Assembly (NCBI GenBank): GCA_964448085.1
Contig: CAYUUX010000001.1
Span: forward strand, 22,465-86,464
Length of the DNA stretch: 64,000 nucleotides
Direction: 5' to 3'
Source of the DNA: an uncultured Gammaproteobacteria bacterium
GTDB taxonomy: Bacteria; Patescibacteriota; Microgenomatia; UBA10105; UBA927
Shown here: positions 40,843 to 49,710 of the stretch, in pieces
Layout: each line of letters begins with the position of its first letter
Numbering within the stretch: position 1 is the stretch's first letter
Translations under genes and position numbers: made by a program
The notes under the pieces: model-generated
Told to the model about the DNA's origin: nothing
The model's database searches: none
The model's input: only the letters and a program-made list of their open reading frames with translations

Positions 40843-40871
40843 ATAGTACAACGAAACGGAGTTCCAGTCAA
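40843..40871 (-). promoter_or_regulatory. sigma70-type promoter TTGACT-17-TACTAT
   Basis: Near-consensus boxes with 17-nt spacer. Confidence 0.75.
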
Positions 40872-40921
40872 ATGATCGTTTTCAGATATTTTTCAGAAGA
40901 TTCATGGTATGATGCATGTAC

Positions 40922-41317
40922 ATGAAAAAAGAAATATACCTTTCCGTTACCGTAGCTGTTGTTCTTATAGCGGGAGTGCTTCTTTTTACGAAACGATCTT
41001 CCATACCCTCACCTTCAACGTCTGTACCAGTTTCCCAGGAGCCGATAGGCACGCAAACAACGACAAAAGAAGTTTCCCAAATTACCACCGCTGCGGTTTC
41101 ATCCCACAGCAGCGCTTCCAATTGCTGGATCATTCTCCAAAATAAAGCATATAACGTTACTACCTATCTCAGCCAACATCCGGGTGGAAGCGAGACCATA
41201 ATCCCGTATTGCGGTAAAGACGCAACGACAGCATTTAATACAATCAAAGACGGACGTGGTCATTCACCAAAGGCAATGGAAAATGCGTCACAATATTATG
41301 TTGGAGACGTGCTATAG
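40922..41317 (+). CDS. membrane-anchored cytochrome b5-like heme-binding protein
   Basis: CWII...YNVT..HPGG...GKDAT..F....GHS; both axial His present. Confidence 0.9.
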   Translation: MKKEIYLSVTVAVVLIAGVLLFTKRSSIPSPSTSVPVSQEPIGTQTTTKEVSQITTAAVSSHSSASNCWIILQNKAYNVTTYLSQHPGGSETIIPYCGKDATTAFNTIKDGRGHSPKAMENASQYYVGDVL

Positions 41318-41325
41318 GAGCATTC

Positions 41326-41604
41326 ATGAGAAACGCAGCTTTGTATCTTTGGTGCAAAAAAATTCATCGCATTTTTGTTGTGCTCATTTTTATTCTTGGC
41401 GTCATTATGTCCAGCTCAGGATATATGATGCATGAAAACGTATATTTCCTTCTTCCGGCATCTCAAATACGGACTCTCCATAATACATTCAGTACCCTTT
41501 TCGCTATCATCCTTGGTATCATGTCATTGACAGGATTGTATCTTTACGTGTTTCCATTTTTTCCCGTAAAAAAACCGGACCCACCGAAGCCATCAGTGAA
41601 TTGA
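41326..41604 (+). CDS. small two-TM His-containing membrane protein (PepSY-TM-like)
   Basis: KIHR-TM and TLHN-TM-TGLYL pattern. Confidence 0.65.
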   Translation: MRNAALYLWCKKIHRIFVVLIFILGVIMSSSGYMMHENVYFLLPASQIRTLHNTFSTLFAIILGIMSLTGLYLYVFPFFPVKKPDPPKPSVN

Positions 41605-42066
41605 TGTTATATTGTATCGCACAACTCCCGTTGGAATCGTAACAACAATAGTTTCCCCGTTGCGTTTTCCCATAAGTGCCTTCCCTATTGGAGACAAGTG
41701 GGAAATCGTCTGTTCCTTTGGATTTGATTCATATCCTCCTACGATGGTATAAGTCATGGTTTTCTTGCCATCCGTTATGGTGACAGTACTCCCTATATCA
41801 ATTTGCCCTGTTTTTGTTGAAGGAACGACTATACCAAACCGTATAAGACGCTCCAAGTGGCGCAGCCGTGCGTCTACTGCTGATAATTTCGCCCTGGAAG
41901 CTTTATAGTATCCGTTCTCCGAAAGATCACCCATCTCTCGAGCTTTCCTTAAATGATCCACTGCTTCCGGTCGTTCTGCAATAAGTTTTTTCTTTTCATC
42001 CAAGACCTTTTTATATCCGGATTCTGTGAACGGAATTCGACGAGGTTTTTGTATTATTTGTTTCAT
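41593..42066 (-). CDS. greA: second GreA/GreB-family elongation factor
   Basis: GDLSENGYY, SPIGKALMG. Confidence 0.88.
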   Translation of the reverse strand: MKQIIQKPRRIPFTESGYKKVLDEKKKLIAERPEAVDHLRKAREMGDLSENGYYKASRAKLSAVDARLRHLERLIRFGIVVPSTKTGQIDIGSTVTITDGKKTMTYTIVGGYESNPKEQTISHLSPIGKALMGKRNGETIVVTIPTGVVRYNITSIH

Positions 42067-42068
42067 AC

Positions 42069-42527
42069 CTATTCCAATGAAGCAATATCATCCAGTACCT
42101 GACCTGCATGGATGAGAGGATTTACATGTTCATACGTCTTTTTCACATCTCCTTGCGGATCAATAAGAACGGTCGTCCTTTTAATTCCTTCGTATTCCCT
42201 CCCCATAAATTTTTTCTTTCCCCATGCGCCATATGCGTTGATTATTTTCTTGGATTCGTCACTGAGGAGAGGAAAATTGAGATGATACTTTTTTGCGAAA
42301 CGTTCGTGCGAGGCTACCCCATCTTTTGAAACACCAAGAATGACAGTGTTGTATTTTTTCAACTCGTCGGCGATATCACGAAATCCGCACGCTTCTTTTG
42401 TGCATCCCGGAGTATCGTCTTTTGGATAAAAATACAAAATAATCCACTTCCCCCTATAATCGGTAAGAGTATGCACCATTCCCTTTTGATCGGGAAGTGA
42501 AAATGGCACAGCCTTCATAAGGATCAT
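42069..42527 (-). CDS. bcp: peroxiredoxin Bcp/PrxQ
   Basis: YFYPKDDTPGCTKEAC. Confidence 0.95.
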   Translation of the reverse strand: MILMKAVPFSLPDQKGMVHTLTDYRGKWIILYFYPKDDTPGCTKEACGFRDIADELKKYNTVILGVSKDGVASHERFAKKYHLNFPLLSDESKKIINAYGAWGKKKFMGREYEGIKRTTVLIDPQGDVKKTYEHVNPLIHAGQVLDDIASLE

Positions 42528-43096
42528 CTAACTAACCCAAGCGGCATATACCATGTGAATGGCTTTTGACATACCGGACATTTTTCCGGCGGTTTCTTAC
42601 CTTTATGGATATATCCACAGTTCACACATTTCCACTCAAGCTCAACGTTTTGATCATAAAGTGTCTTTTCATCAAGATGTTTTGCCAGGATGATATATCG
42701 TTCTTCATGTTTTTCTTCAACTTTTTTCAAATTGCCGAATAATCGTGTCGCTTCCGGATCTTTTTCCTCTATCGCAATTTTCTCAAAATCCGGGTACATG
42801 GTTGTCCATTCGTATTTTTCTCCCTCAGCTGCCATTTTGAGATTTTCAACTGTATTAGATGAATACGCATGAATGTCCAACGTGATATTCGGCACGCTGA
42901 CGGATCCTTTGATCATCTCAAATAGTTCTTCTGCGTGTGCTCGCTCATTGTCACCTGTCTCCTCAAATACCCGAGCTATCCATTCCAAGTTTTCTTTCCT
43001 GGCCATCTTGGCAAACATGTTGTATTTATTTCTCGCCTGGGATTCCCCGGCAAACGCTTTCAGTAAGTTTTGTTGGGTAAGAGATGATGTATTCAT
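42524..43096 (-). CDS. rbr: rubrerythrin
   Basis: AFAGESQA, ExxH twice, C-terminal CVNC...CPVC rubredoxin domain. Confidence 0.95.
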   Translation of the reverse strand: MNTSSLTQQNLLKAFAGESQARNKYNMFAKMARKENLEWIARVFEETGDNERAHAEELFEMIKGSVSVPNITLDIHAYSSNTVENLKMAAEGEKYEWTTMYPDFEKIAIEEKDPEATRLFGNLKKVEEKHEERYIILAKHLDEKTLYDQNVELEWKCVNCGYIHKGKKPPEKCPVCQKPFTWYMPLGLVR

Positions 43097-43125
43097 AATG
43101 CCTCCATTATACAACGATTATACAA

Positions 43126-43392
43126 TTATTTTCCCCTCCTTTTTATCCAATAGTGTTTCACAATAGGGAGCGTTAACGTGGACAGAAAGAATCCAATAGA
43201 AGGGACGATGGCATTTAACCAGGGAGCGGAAACACCAATCATGCGCAAATAGAATCCTATGGCGATGTATGTGCAGAACATCAATATGATTTTGCGTATC
43301 CAACTTGTTTCCCACTGCTTGTCCAATTCCACTCGCCTATTTCTTTCTTCAATGAATTTAACACGCTTTTCTAAATCTTCAATTGTATGCAT
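43126..43392 (-). CDS. small membrane protein
   Basis: IEERNRRVELDKQWETS then two TMs. Confidence 0.7.
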   Translation of the reverse strand: MHTIEDLEKRVKFIEERNRRVELDKQWETSWIRKIILMFCTYIAIGFYLRMIGVSAPWLNAIVPSIGFFLSTLTLPIVKHYWIKRRGK

Positions 43393-43394
43393 AG

Positions 43395-44099
43395 TTATTT
43401 CTCGATAATCTCAATTGCTTTTACCACAACCGGCTTGATGGGTGTCGATCGTTCCCCTTCCTGTTTTGTTGGGGCTGTCGCAATCTTGTCAACCACATCC
43501 ATACCGCTTATAACCTTTCCAAAAATCACGTAATTTTTTGGTAACGCGTTGTTTTGATGCATAATGAAAAACTGGCTTCCGTTCGTATTCGGTCCTGCAT
43601 TTGCCATTGCCAACGTTCCCCTCGTATATTCACCCGTAAAGGGCTCGTCGTTAAACACATACCCCGGTCCTCCTGTGCCGTTCCCCTTTGGATCACCGCC
43701 TTGAATCATGAATCCATCAATCACACGGTGGAATATAGTATTGTCATAAAAGAGTTTTTTTGAAAGAACGACAAAATTGTTCACGGTAATTGGCGTTGCA
43801 CTTGCCGTTAACGAAACGGTTATGTCGCCAAGATCAGTTTTTAGAATCGCTTCATACATTTTCTTCGTATCAATCTCCATAGGATAGGGTCCTTTCGTTG
43901 GTTCCGGTGTCGCTGTGGCGGTCGGTTTCATCGTCGGGGTGGATGGGGTCGTTGTTTGGGTTGGTATTTCCTGTATCGGAATGACCGTTTCTCCCAACAC
44001 ATCTTTTGTTATGTCCTGTGGCCTGGACCGTTGCCATAACGCAATGCCCAACACCATCATCCAAACGAAAATCGCTGCGGCACCAATCTTTTTTACCAT
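43395..44099 (-). CDS. membrane-anchored cyclophilin-type peptidylprolyl isomerase
   Basis: FHRVIDGFMIQGGDP, AMANAGPNTNGSQFFI. Confidence 0.96.
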   Translation of the reverse strand: MVKKIGAAAIFVWMMVLGIALWQRSRPQDITKDVLGETVIPIQEIPTQTTTPSTPTMKPTATATPEPTKGPYPMEIDTKKMYEAILKTDLGDITVSLTASATPITVNNFVVLSKKLFYDNTIFHRVIDGFMIQGGDPKGNGTGGPGYVFNDEPFTGEYTRGTLAMANAGPNTNGSQFFIMHQNNALPKNYVIFGKVISGMDVVDKIATAPTKQEGERSTPIKPVVVKAIEIIEK

Positions 44100-44117
44100 T
44101 GCATTAGTATAGCAAAA

Positions 44118-44828
44118 TTATTTTTGCATCGCCTGTTTCCGGAGTGTTTGCGGCATGAGTTCGATGGCATACCGAAGCGCGGTTCGTGGCATATCCTTTT
44201 TATACTTCATTACATATGTAAATACTTCCTGTTGGTGCATTCGACTTGCCTCTTTCAGCATCCATCCATATCCTTTTTGCACCATATCGTCCTTGTCTTT
44301 TAGAAGCCGGTCTGCAATTGCAAAAATATCTGCGAGATGTTTTCCCTTTCGCGCTATGAATATCAGTGACACAGCCGATGCCCGTCGCACCCACCGGTTG
44401 CTCGAATCTGTCCATTTTTTTAGTGTCTGTATATGTTCCGGATACATCGCGATGAGGTCGCCAACCGTATGGTTAGCAAATCCATCACATGAAGCCCAAT
44501 TATTAATATAGGTTTGTATCCATCTATGAAACACGTGTATATCTTTGGAAGCAAAATCTTTGGATATGTGTGGCAACCAATAGGATACAACAAACGATTC
44601 TTCGCATATTCCAGACTTATATAATGCTTCACACGTTGTGAAAATGGTTTCTTTCGACAACTTTTTAATCTGTTGCCAATAGCGTCGAGCAATATCCCGC
44701 ACAGTTCCCGTTTTTACACCATAAAATTTCACCGGATCTTTAAAAAATTGTTCAAACCCTGCTTTTTTTGAAGCGTCGCTTTGACGTATTAACTCTTTCC
44801 TCAAAGATTGTACTATGTCGTTTTGCAT
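44118..44828 (-). CDS. DNA alkylation repair protein (AlkD-like)
   Basis: NNWASCD, WVRR, QKGYGWMLKE, RTALRYAIE. Confidence 0.88.
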   Translation of the reverse strand: MQNDIVQSLRKELIRQSDASKKAGFEQFFKDPVKFYGVKTGTVRDIARRYWQQIKKLSKETIFTTCEALYKSGICEESFVVSYWLPHISKDFASKDIHVFHRWIQTYINNWASCDGFANHTVGDLIAMYPEHIQTLKKWTDSSNRWVRRASAVSLIFIARKGKHLADIFAIADRLLKDKDDMVQKGYGWMLKEASRMHQQEVFTYVMKYKKDMPRTALRYAIELMPQTLRKQAMQK

Positions 44829-44835
44829 ATTCCTC

Positions 44836-45252
44836 TCAATCAACACACAATGCTTTATCTGTTATACCGAAATGCACTTCCCGAAAACAACCAAGCATCG
44901 GTCGTACGGATGCACATTGACCAATTGAAACAATAGTTTTGTCGGATTCGCTTGTTGCGATACATTGTTGAGAGTTACATTGAAATCCACCTACACAAAC
45001 ATTCCCACCATCCGTGAAACGAAATACACATGTTAGGGAGAAGGACAACCCTATACTCTCCCATGTTCCACCAATTGTTTGACATGCTTCCTTCGATCCT
45101 GGTGTAGACGGCATTGCTCCTTTCAGTAATAGTGTGAGCTGTCTATCCATAAGGGGATATACAGTAAATCGTACTTGCTCCAGAATTCCTATATACAAAA
45201 AAACCAGCAGTATTGAGATATATACGGTTATTTTGGTAAACCTAATCCTCAT
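44836..45252 (-). CDS. Cys-rich membrane-anchored hypothetical protein
   Basis: N-terminal TM; eight Cys; ACQTIGGTW, DGGNVC. Confidence 0.6.
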   Translation of the reverse strand: MRIRFTKITVYISILLVFLYIGILEQVRFTVYPLMDRQLTLLLKGAMPSTPGSKEACQTIGGTWESIGLSFSLTCVFRFTDGGNVCVGGFQCNSQQCIATSESDKTIVSIGQCASVRPMLGCFREVHFGITDKALCVD

Positions 45253-45821
45253 AGATATTTGTCAAAGGTTTTCAGAACGTTTATTCGCCCTTCATGCGTT
45301 TTTGCACTATACGGAATGACATATTCGGATTGGCAAATCTTTGCAATTTCCTCTAGATGCGCAGTTCTTTCCTGATTGGGCACTTTGTCGATTTTGTTTG
45401 CAATGATTATGAACGGAACCCCTATCTTGGAAAGATACTCAACCATTTGTCTGTCAAATTCCGTCAAACCGACAAAACTATCCACGATGTGAACAAACAA
45501 TCTACGCTGTATATTCGCATATTCCACATACCACATCATCATCTTCCTATACCGTTCCCGCTCTTGCGATGAGGTATGCGCAAATCCGTAACCCGGAAGA
45601 TCCACAAAATATACCTTGTTGTTTATAAGGAAAAAATCAAGATGTTTTGTCTTTCCTGGAGCCTTACTTGATCGGGCTAGTTTTTGCTGCACCAAAGAAT
45701 TGATCACGCTGGATTTCCCCACATTTGATCTACCAACAAAGGCTATCTGAAACTTCCCGTCGTAGAGAATCTTATCCGTTCCGTTGATACTTTTGATAAA
45801 TGAAGCTGTTTTTATAATCAT
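45249..45821 (-). CDS. engB: ribosome biogenesis GTPase EngB/YihA/YsxC
   Basis: GRSNVGKSS, PGKT, DLPGYG, NKID. Confidence 0.95.
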   Translation of the reverse strand: MIIKTASFIKSINGTDKILYDGKFQIAFVGRSNVGKSSVINSLVQQKLARSSKAPGKTKHLDFFLINNKVYFVDLPGYGFAHTSSQERERYRKMMMWYVEYANIQRRLFVHIVDSFVGLTEFDRQMVEYLSKIGVPFIIIANKIDKVPNQERTAHLEEIAKICQSEYVIPYSAKTHEGRINVLKTFDKYL

Positions 45822-45967
45822 TGCGTTCTTATTCCTTTACAACACGCTCATTATAACAAGTTCCGACACGAACACCTATTTATCCTTATTGAATCCTATA
45901 GTTATAATCAAATTTCGCTATTATAGCTTGATAAAACAGTATAAACTCCATATAATGCAATTTCACT

Positions 45968-46996
45968 ATGGGTTTGGAACAAGAACCAAATGCAGGGTTT
46001 TTTGTGGGCAATTTTTTCCATGTTCTTCCTGTGGATGAACTGGAAGAGTATAACCATTCTAATGTTCTGTACTGGGAATCACAGCACGCCGAACCAAAAG
46101 TAATGGTTGAACGATTTTTGGAACAAGATGCAGGCTTTTTCCCCAACCGAATGGTTATTCCACGAATTATTTTATCTCCCCAGGAAACAGATAGAATACA
46201 ATCGGCACTGCTCCAAGGCATACAAGATCACTATTCCATGGGTGTACGATCCGTTGCCAATAAATCGCTTGAATCCGGAGACACCTTACCGTGGATTATG
46301 GAACTGGATTCCTCCCATAAAGTTGATGTGTTCCTACACGATACGCTTCCATCATGGAATAAACAGGCTGATGAAGAGGGATACGAACTCACGAAATTAA
46401 TTTTAATGAAAAACCCTCCTGAACTTGGTACGATGCAGTCAAACCCTGATCAGTTTGTCGCACGATTGCAATGGATCAATCCGGAACAAACGGAAAGGGA
46501 TCTTCCTCATACACTCATGAGAATAGAAATGGCCGTTGGTACCAATAAGCTTCGCGAACTGGATAGAAGGATGGAAAAGCCGGGGAACGGATCGCTTATC
46601 CGATATGAAGGACTATATTCCTTAACCGACGTGTTTTCCCACGCAACGATTGACATTGGCAACACCTATGTAAACCCAGCATGTATGGAAAAAGCACGAT
46701 CTAAAATGTCATTTGTAACTGATCAGGCACTCACATTAAAGAGTGCTGATAAAATTGACCCATATGTTGCCGCTACCATGCGTTCTTTTTTTTCGTTCTT
46801 ACAAGAAAACATAAACGATCCAAATATCCAGTTATTGAAACGGTTCGACTTTCTTGCATCCATTGGGTTAACTGATATTGAATTTCAAGGATTTAATAAC
46901 CACAAATGGGGAGTATATATTTATGGACTTCGTGGTATGTACGATGAAACACGCCTGAATATTCTCAAAGCTGAATGCTTTAAATCAAGGAGCTAA
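45968..46996 (+). CDS. hypothetical protein
   Basis: 342-aa ORF with no recognised motif. Confidence 0.6.
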   Translation: MGLEQEPNAGFFVGNFFHVLPVDELEEYNHSNVLYWESQHAEPKVMVERFLEQDAGFFPNRMVIPRIILSPQETDRIQSALLQGIQDHYSMGVRSVANKSLESGDTLPWIMELDSSHKVDVFLHDTLPSWNKQADEEGYELTKLILMKNPPELGTMQSNPDQFVARLQWINPEQTERDLPHTLMRIEMAVGTNKLRELDRRMEKPGNGSLIRYEGLYSLTDVFSHATIDIGNTYVNPACMEKARSKMSFVTDQALTLKSADKIDPYVAATMRSFFSFLQENINDPNIQLLKRFDFLASIGLTDIEFQGFNNHKWGVYIYGLRGMYDETRLNILKAECFKSRS

Positions 46997-47511
46997 GGTC
47001 CAGTTGAAATCGCGGCGATTTTCCAAACACCATCTTCTAACTGTAATTGCACCCACCTGGTATTAATACCATTTTCATATCCGTAATATGGAATCAAAGC
47101 GTTTGCCGAAAGGTCACTCATAACAACGTCCAATAGAACCTTGTAGGTTTTCTGTTTTTCTGTCCATTTTTCTTTTTCAGATGGTTCTATTGATTGTATT
47201 TGTACCGATTCAAACGCATTCAATTGTGTACTCCATGCCTGTTTATCCAAATCGTCTGCTATAGCGGGGGTACTCATCATCAAGACAGCATCCACTATTT
47301 CTTTCTTTGCTATTTTTTGAAAAAATATTCTGATTGTGTCACTTGCCGCGTCGCTCACGGTTGTCGATTCAACCATTGAACTATTTTGTGTTTGCAATCC
47401 TACTTTTGAAGATGGATTTTGTAAAATCTGTTGGCCTTTGTTTGATTGCATAAACAATACTCCACCGGTTACCAAAGCTATCAAGAGGACACCAATGAGT
47501 ATTTTATTCAT
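46993..47511 (-). CDS. membrane-anchored hypothetical protein (NTF2-like C-terminus)
   Basis: N-terminal TM; ends WKIAAISTGP. Confidence 0.65.
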   Translation of the reverse strand: MNKILIGVLLIALVTGGVLFMQSNKGQQILQNPSSKVGLQTQNSSMVESTTVSDAASDTIRIFFQKIAKKEIVDAVLMMSTPAIADDLDKQAWSTQLNAFESVQIQSIEPSEKEKWTEKQKTYKVLLDVVMSDLSANALIPYYGYENGINTRWVQLQLEDGVWKIAAISTGP

Positions 47512-47537
47512 ATATCGTTATTATATGCCCTATCCTT

Positions 47538-47840
47538 TCATTTTTTCCAAATGCTCCTATCCAGATTCACTCGATTCCCTGTAAATACTACTCCTTCATT
47601 GCGAAGCATTTTTTCTTTCCGTCTGATACCACCGGAAGCTGTAAATCCTGTCAGCTTTCCGTCGAATGCAACAACCCTATGACAGGGAACACGAGGTGCA
47701 AACGGATTTCTTTTCATGAACATGCCCACAGCACGCGAGGCGCGTGCATTACCGGCAAGCCGAGCAAGTTGTCCGTAGGTAGCGACTTTGCCTTTGGGGA
47801 TTTGTGCGGCGATATGATAAACGCGATCCTTAAACTTCAT
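47538..47840 (-). CDS. methylated-DNA--protein-cysteine methyltransferase (MGMT family)
   Basis: IPKGKVATYG, RAVG, PCHRV active site. Confidence 0.92.
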   Translation of the reverse strand: MKFKDRVYHIAAQIPKGKVATYGQLARLAGNARASRAVGMFMKRNPFAPRVPCHRVVAFDGKLTGFTASGGIRRKEKMLRNEGVVFTGNRVNLDRSIWKK

Positions 47841-47842
47841 TG

Positions 47843-48586
47843 TTATTCTGCACCAAACAATTTAGACAGGACCATGATACCGATTCCTACCAAAAACAGT
47901 CCGAATGATGCGATTGATTTCTTTAGACTTTGTTCTTTCCGAATTTCCGGCATAAGATCTGATGCTGCGATATAAATAAATCCACCAGCAGCAAACGGCA
48001 GTAGATATGTTGTGAGATAGGATGAAACGAACGATGCATAATAACCAACGATCCCTCCGGCAACCGCAATAAGTGCGACGGCAAAATTAGACAGCAAAGC
48101 CTTTTTTTTGTCAAAACCGGAATATAATAACACCCCGAAATCACCAATTTCCTGTGGAATCTCATGGAGCGCAACAGTGAGTGTCGTAATAATACCTAGC
48201 CGCACATCTGTGATGAACGTTGCTGCGATAATCAAGCCGTCAATAAAATTATGGATAGCGTCTCCGATCAAATTCATTGATCCAAACGTATGCACATCAC
48301 AATGTCCTTTATGACAGTGGCGCCAATGGAGCACCTTTTCTATAAGAAAAAATGAACAAAACGACAGCAAAACAATTCCATTCACCGTCATAGTATCCGT
48401 TTCTGCAACGGCCTCCGGTAATAAGTGCAAAAATGCTCCCCCCATAAGCGCCCCGGCGGAAAGTGCAACGAGGAGCATCAACACGCGTGAAAGCCTTACT
48501 TCCTTGATTGCTAAGGTAAACACACCAATTAACCCACCGGTGCTTATAATGAATGTTGCGATAATGATATATAAAAGCGTATTCAT
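47843..48586 (-). CDS. ZIP family metal transporter
   Basis: HLLPE, HWRHCH, HNFIDG, HEIPQEIGDF. Confidence 0.94.
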   Translation of the reverse strand: MNTLLYIIIATFIISTGGLIGVFTLAIKEVRLSRVLMLLVALSAGALMGGAFLHLLPEAVAETDTMTVNGIVLLSFCSFFLIEKVLHWRHCHKGHCDVHTFGSMNLIGDAIHNFIDGLIIAATFITDVRLGIITTLTVALHEIPQEIGDFGVLLYSGFDKKKALLSNFAVALIAVAGGIVGYYASFVSSYLTTYLLPFAAGGFIYIAASDLMPEIRKEQSLKKSIASFGLFLVGIGIMVLSKLFGAE

Positions 48587-48658
48587 AGAACGATCATACG
48601 AATTGTTTACTACGGTGCTATTATAATCTTAACGATAGACTTTTGCTTTAGTAGAATT

Positions 48659-48922
48659 TCACAGTTGCTCTGTGTCACCAAAGAAATCATCAATTAAGGT
48701 TTCGTCTAGTAAGTCCTCATCTCCTAATTTTGCTATTAGGCTATCTCTTAAAAATCGTCTTGTCCGTTGGTGAGGTTGTCCGTTTATCAAATCTTCATCA
48801 CTACAATCTAAACCATAATTTTTAAGTCCATTTGAAGACCAGGAGGAAATAACTTTATGATCTATGACACTTCTATCTCTCTCTAAAATTAGTTGATGGT
48901 GTAATTCTAATGTCATATTCAC
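48659..48922 (-). CDS. AT-rich hypothetical protein
   Basis: 87-aa ORF with GTG start; no motif. Confidence 0.35.
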   Translation of the reverse strand: MNMTLELHHQLILERDRSVIDHKVISSWSSNGLKNYGLDCSDEDLINGQPHQRTRRFLRDSLIAKLGDEDLLDETLIDDFFGDTEQL

Positions 48923-48998
48923 CTGCTATATTTTGTCTGTTACTTCGTTCTAGGACCAATGTATCCTTATAGCTGAATACTAACTTTTGGTTATAGTC

Positions 48999-49595
48999 TT
49001 ACTCTGCTGGCATCACGGTCTGGAACCCTTTGATCCCATAACCGTTCATAAACTTATTCAATAGATTTTCATTATTCTCTTCTTTGTTCCACCAAATGGT
49101 TTGCATTCCTAATTTGTCTGCTGCTTCTATATTTTCTAAAGAATCATCCATAAACAAACATTCTTCGGGCTTTGTGTTTAGTCTTTCGCAAGCTAATAAG
49201 TAAATCTTAGGGTCGGGTTTTTTAATACCTTCCACAGCAGAGTTTATATAAATATCAAAAATACTGAAGTCGAATTTTTCTTTCCAATATTTTAGGGCTA
49301 CTGCATTTCCGTTATTAATGACTGCTATTTTATATTTGCTTTTCAATGCGGGGAGCAATTCCCATAAATCATCAAATTTCTCATACTTTTCTGGAATCAA
49401 ACAAACAGCCCGTTTAATTTTTTCATCGCTCAATTTAAGCTTTTCTTTTATATCGCTAATTAATTTAATGTCATCTAAATGGTTGAACAAGCATTCTATA
49501 TTCTGAGTATTGATTTCGTCCGAAGTTTTTGGGGTGTAACCATCCCTCTTAAAAACCAGTACCCCAACCATATCAAAAAGAATAGCTTTAATCAT
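48999..49595 (-). CDS. HAD-IA family hydrolase
   Basis: ILFDMVGVL, KKPDPKIY, FMDDSLEN. Confidence 0.9.
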   Translation of the reverse strand: MIKAILFDMVGVLVFKRDGYTPKTSDEINTQNIECLFNHLDDIKLISDIKEKLKLSDEKIKRAVCLIPEKYEKFDDLWELLPALKSKYKIAVINNGNAVALKYWKEKFDFSIFDIYINSAVEGIKKPDPKIYLLACERLNTKPEECLFMDDSLENIEAADKLGMQTIWWNKEENNENLLNKFMNGYGIKGFQTVMPAE

Positions 49596-49602
49596 AGTCG
49601 AG

Positions 49603-49673
49603 CTGCGGGGCTTGGATTCGGACCAAGATAACATCCTCCAGAGGGATGCGTACTACCGTTATACGACCCCGCA
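49603..49673 (-). tRNA. tRNA-Gln(CTG), CCA not encoded
   Basis: TGCGGGG/CCCCGCA acceptor (T1-A72), CATCC-CTCTGGA-GGATG anticodon arm, CTTGG-TCCGAAT-CCAAG T arm. Confidence 0.9.
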
Positions 49674-49710
49674 AATTATTACGCTTTCTACTCCATTGTA
49701 TTATTTATGG

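Noticed and set aside
48995-49035. Possible att duplication of the tRNA-Gln 3' end
   Set aside because: Similarity (ggttcc...cccagca) is too weak and lies within the HAD coding sequence
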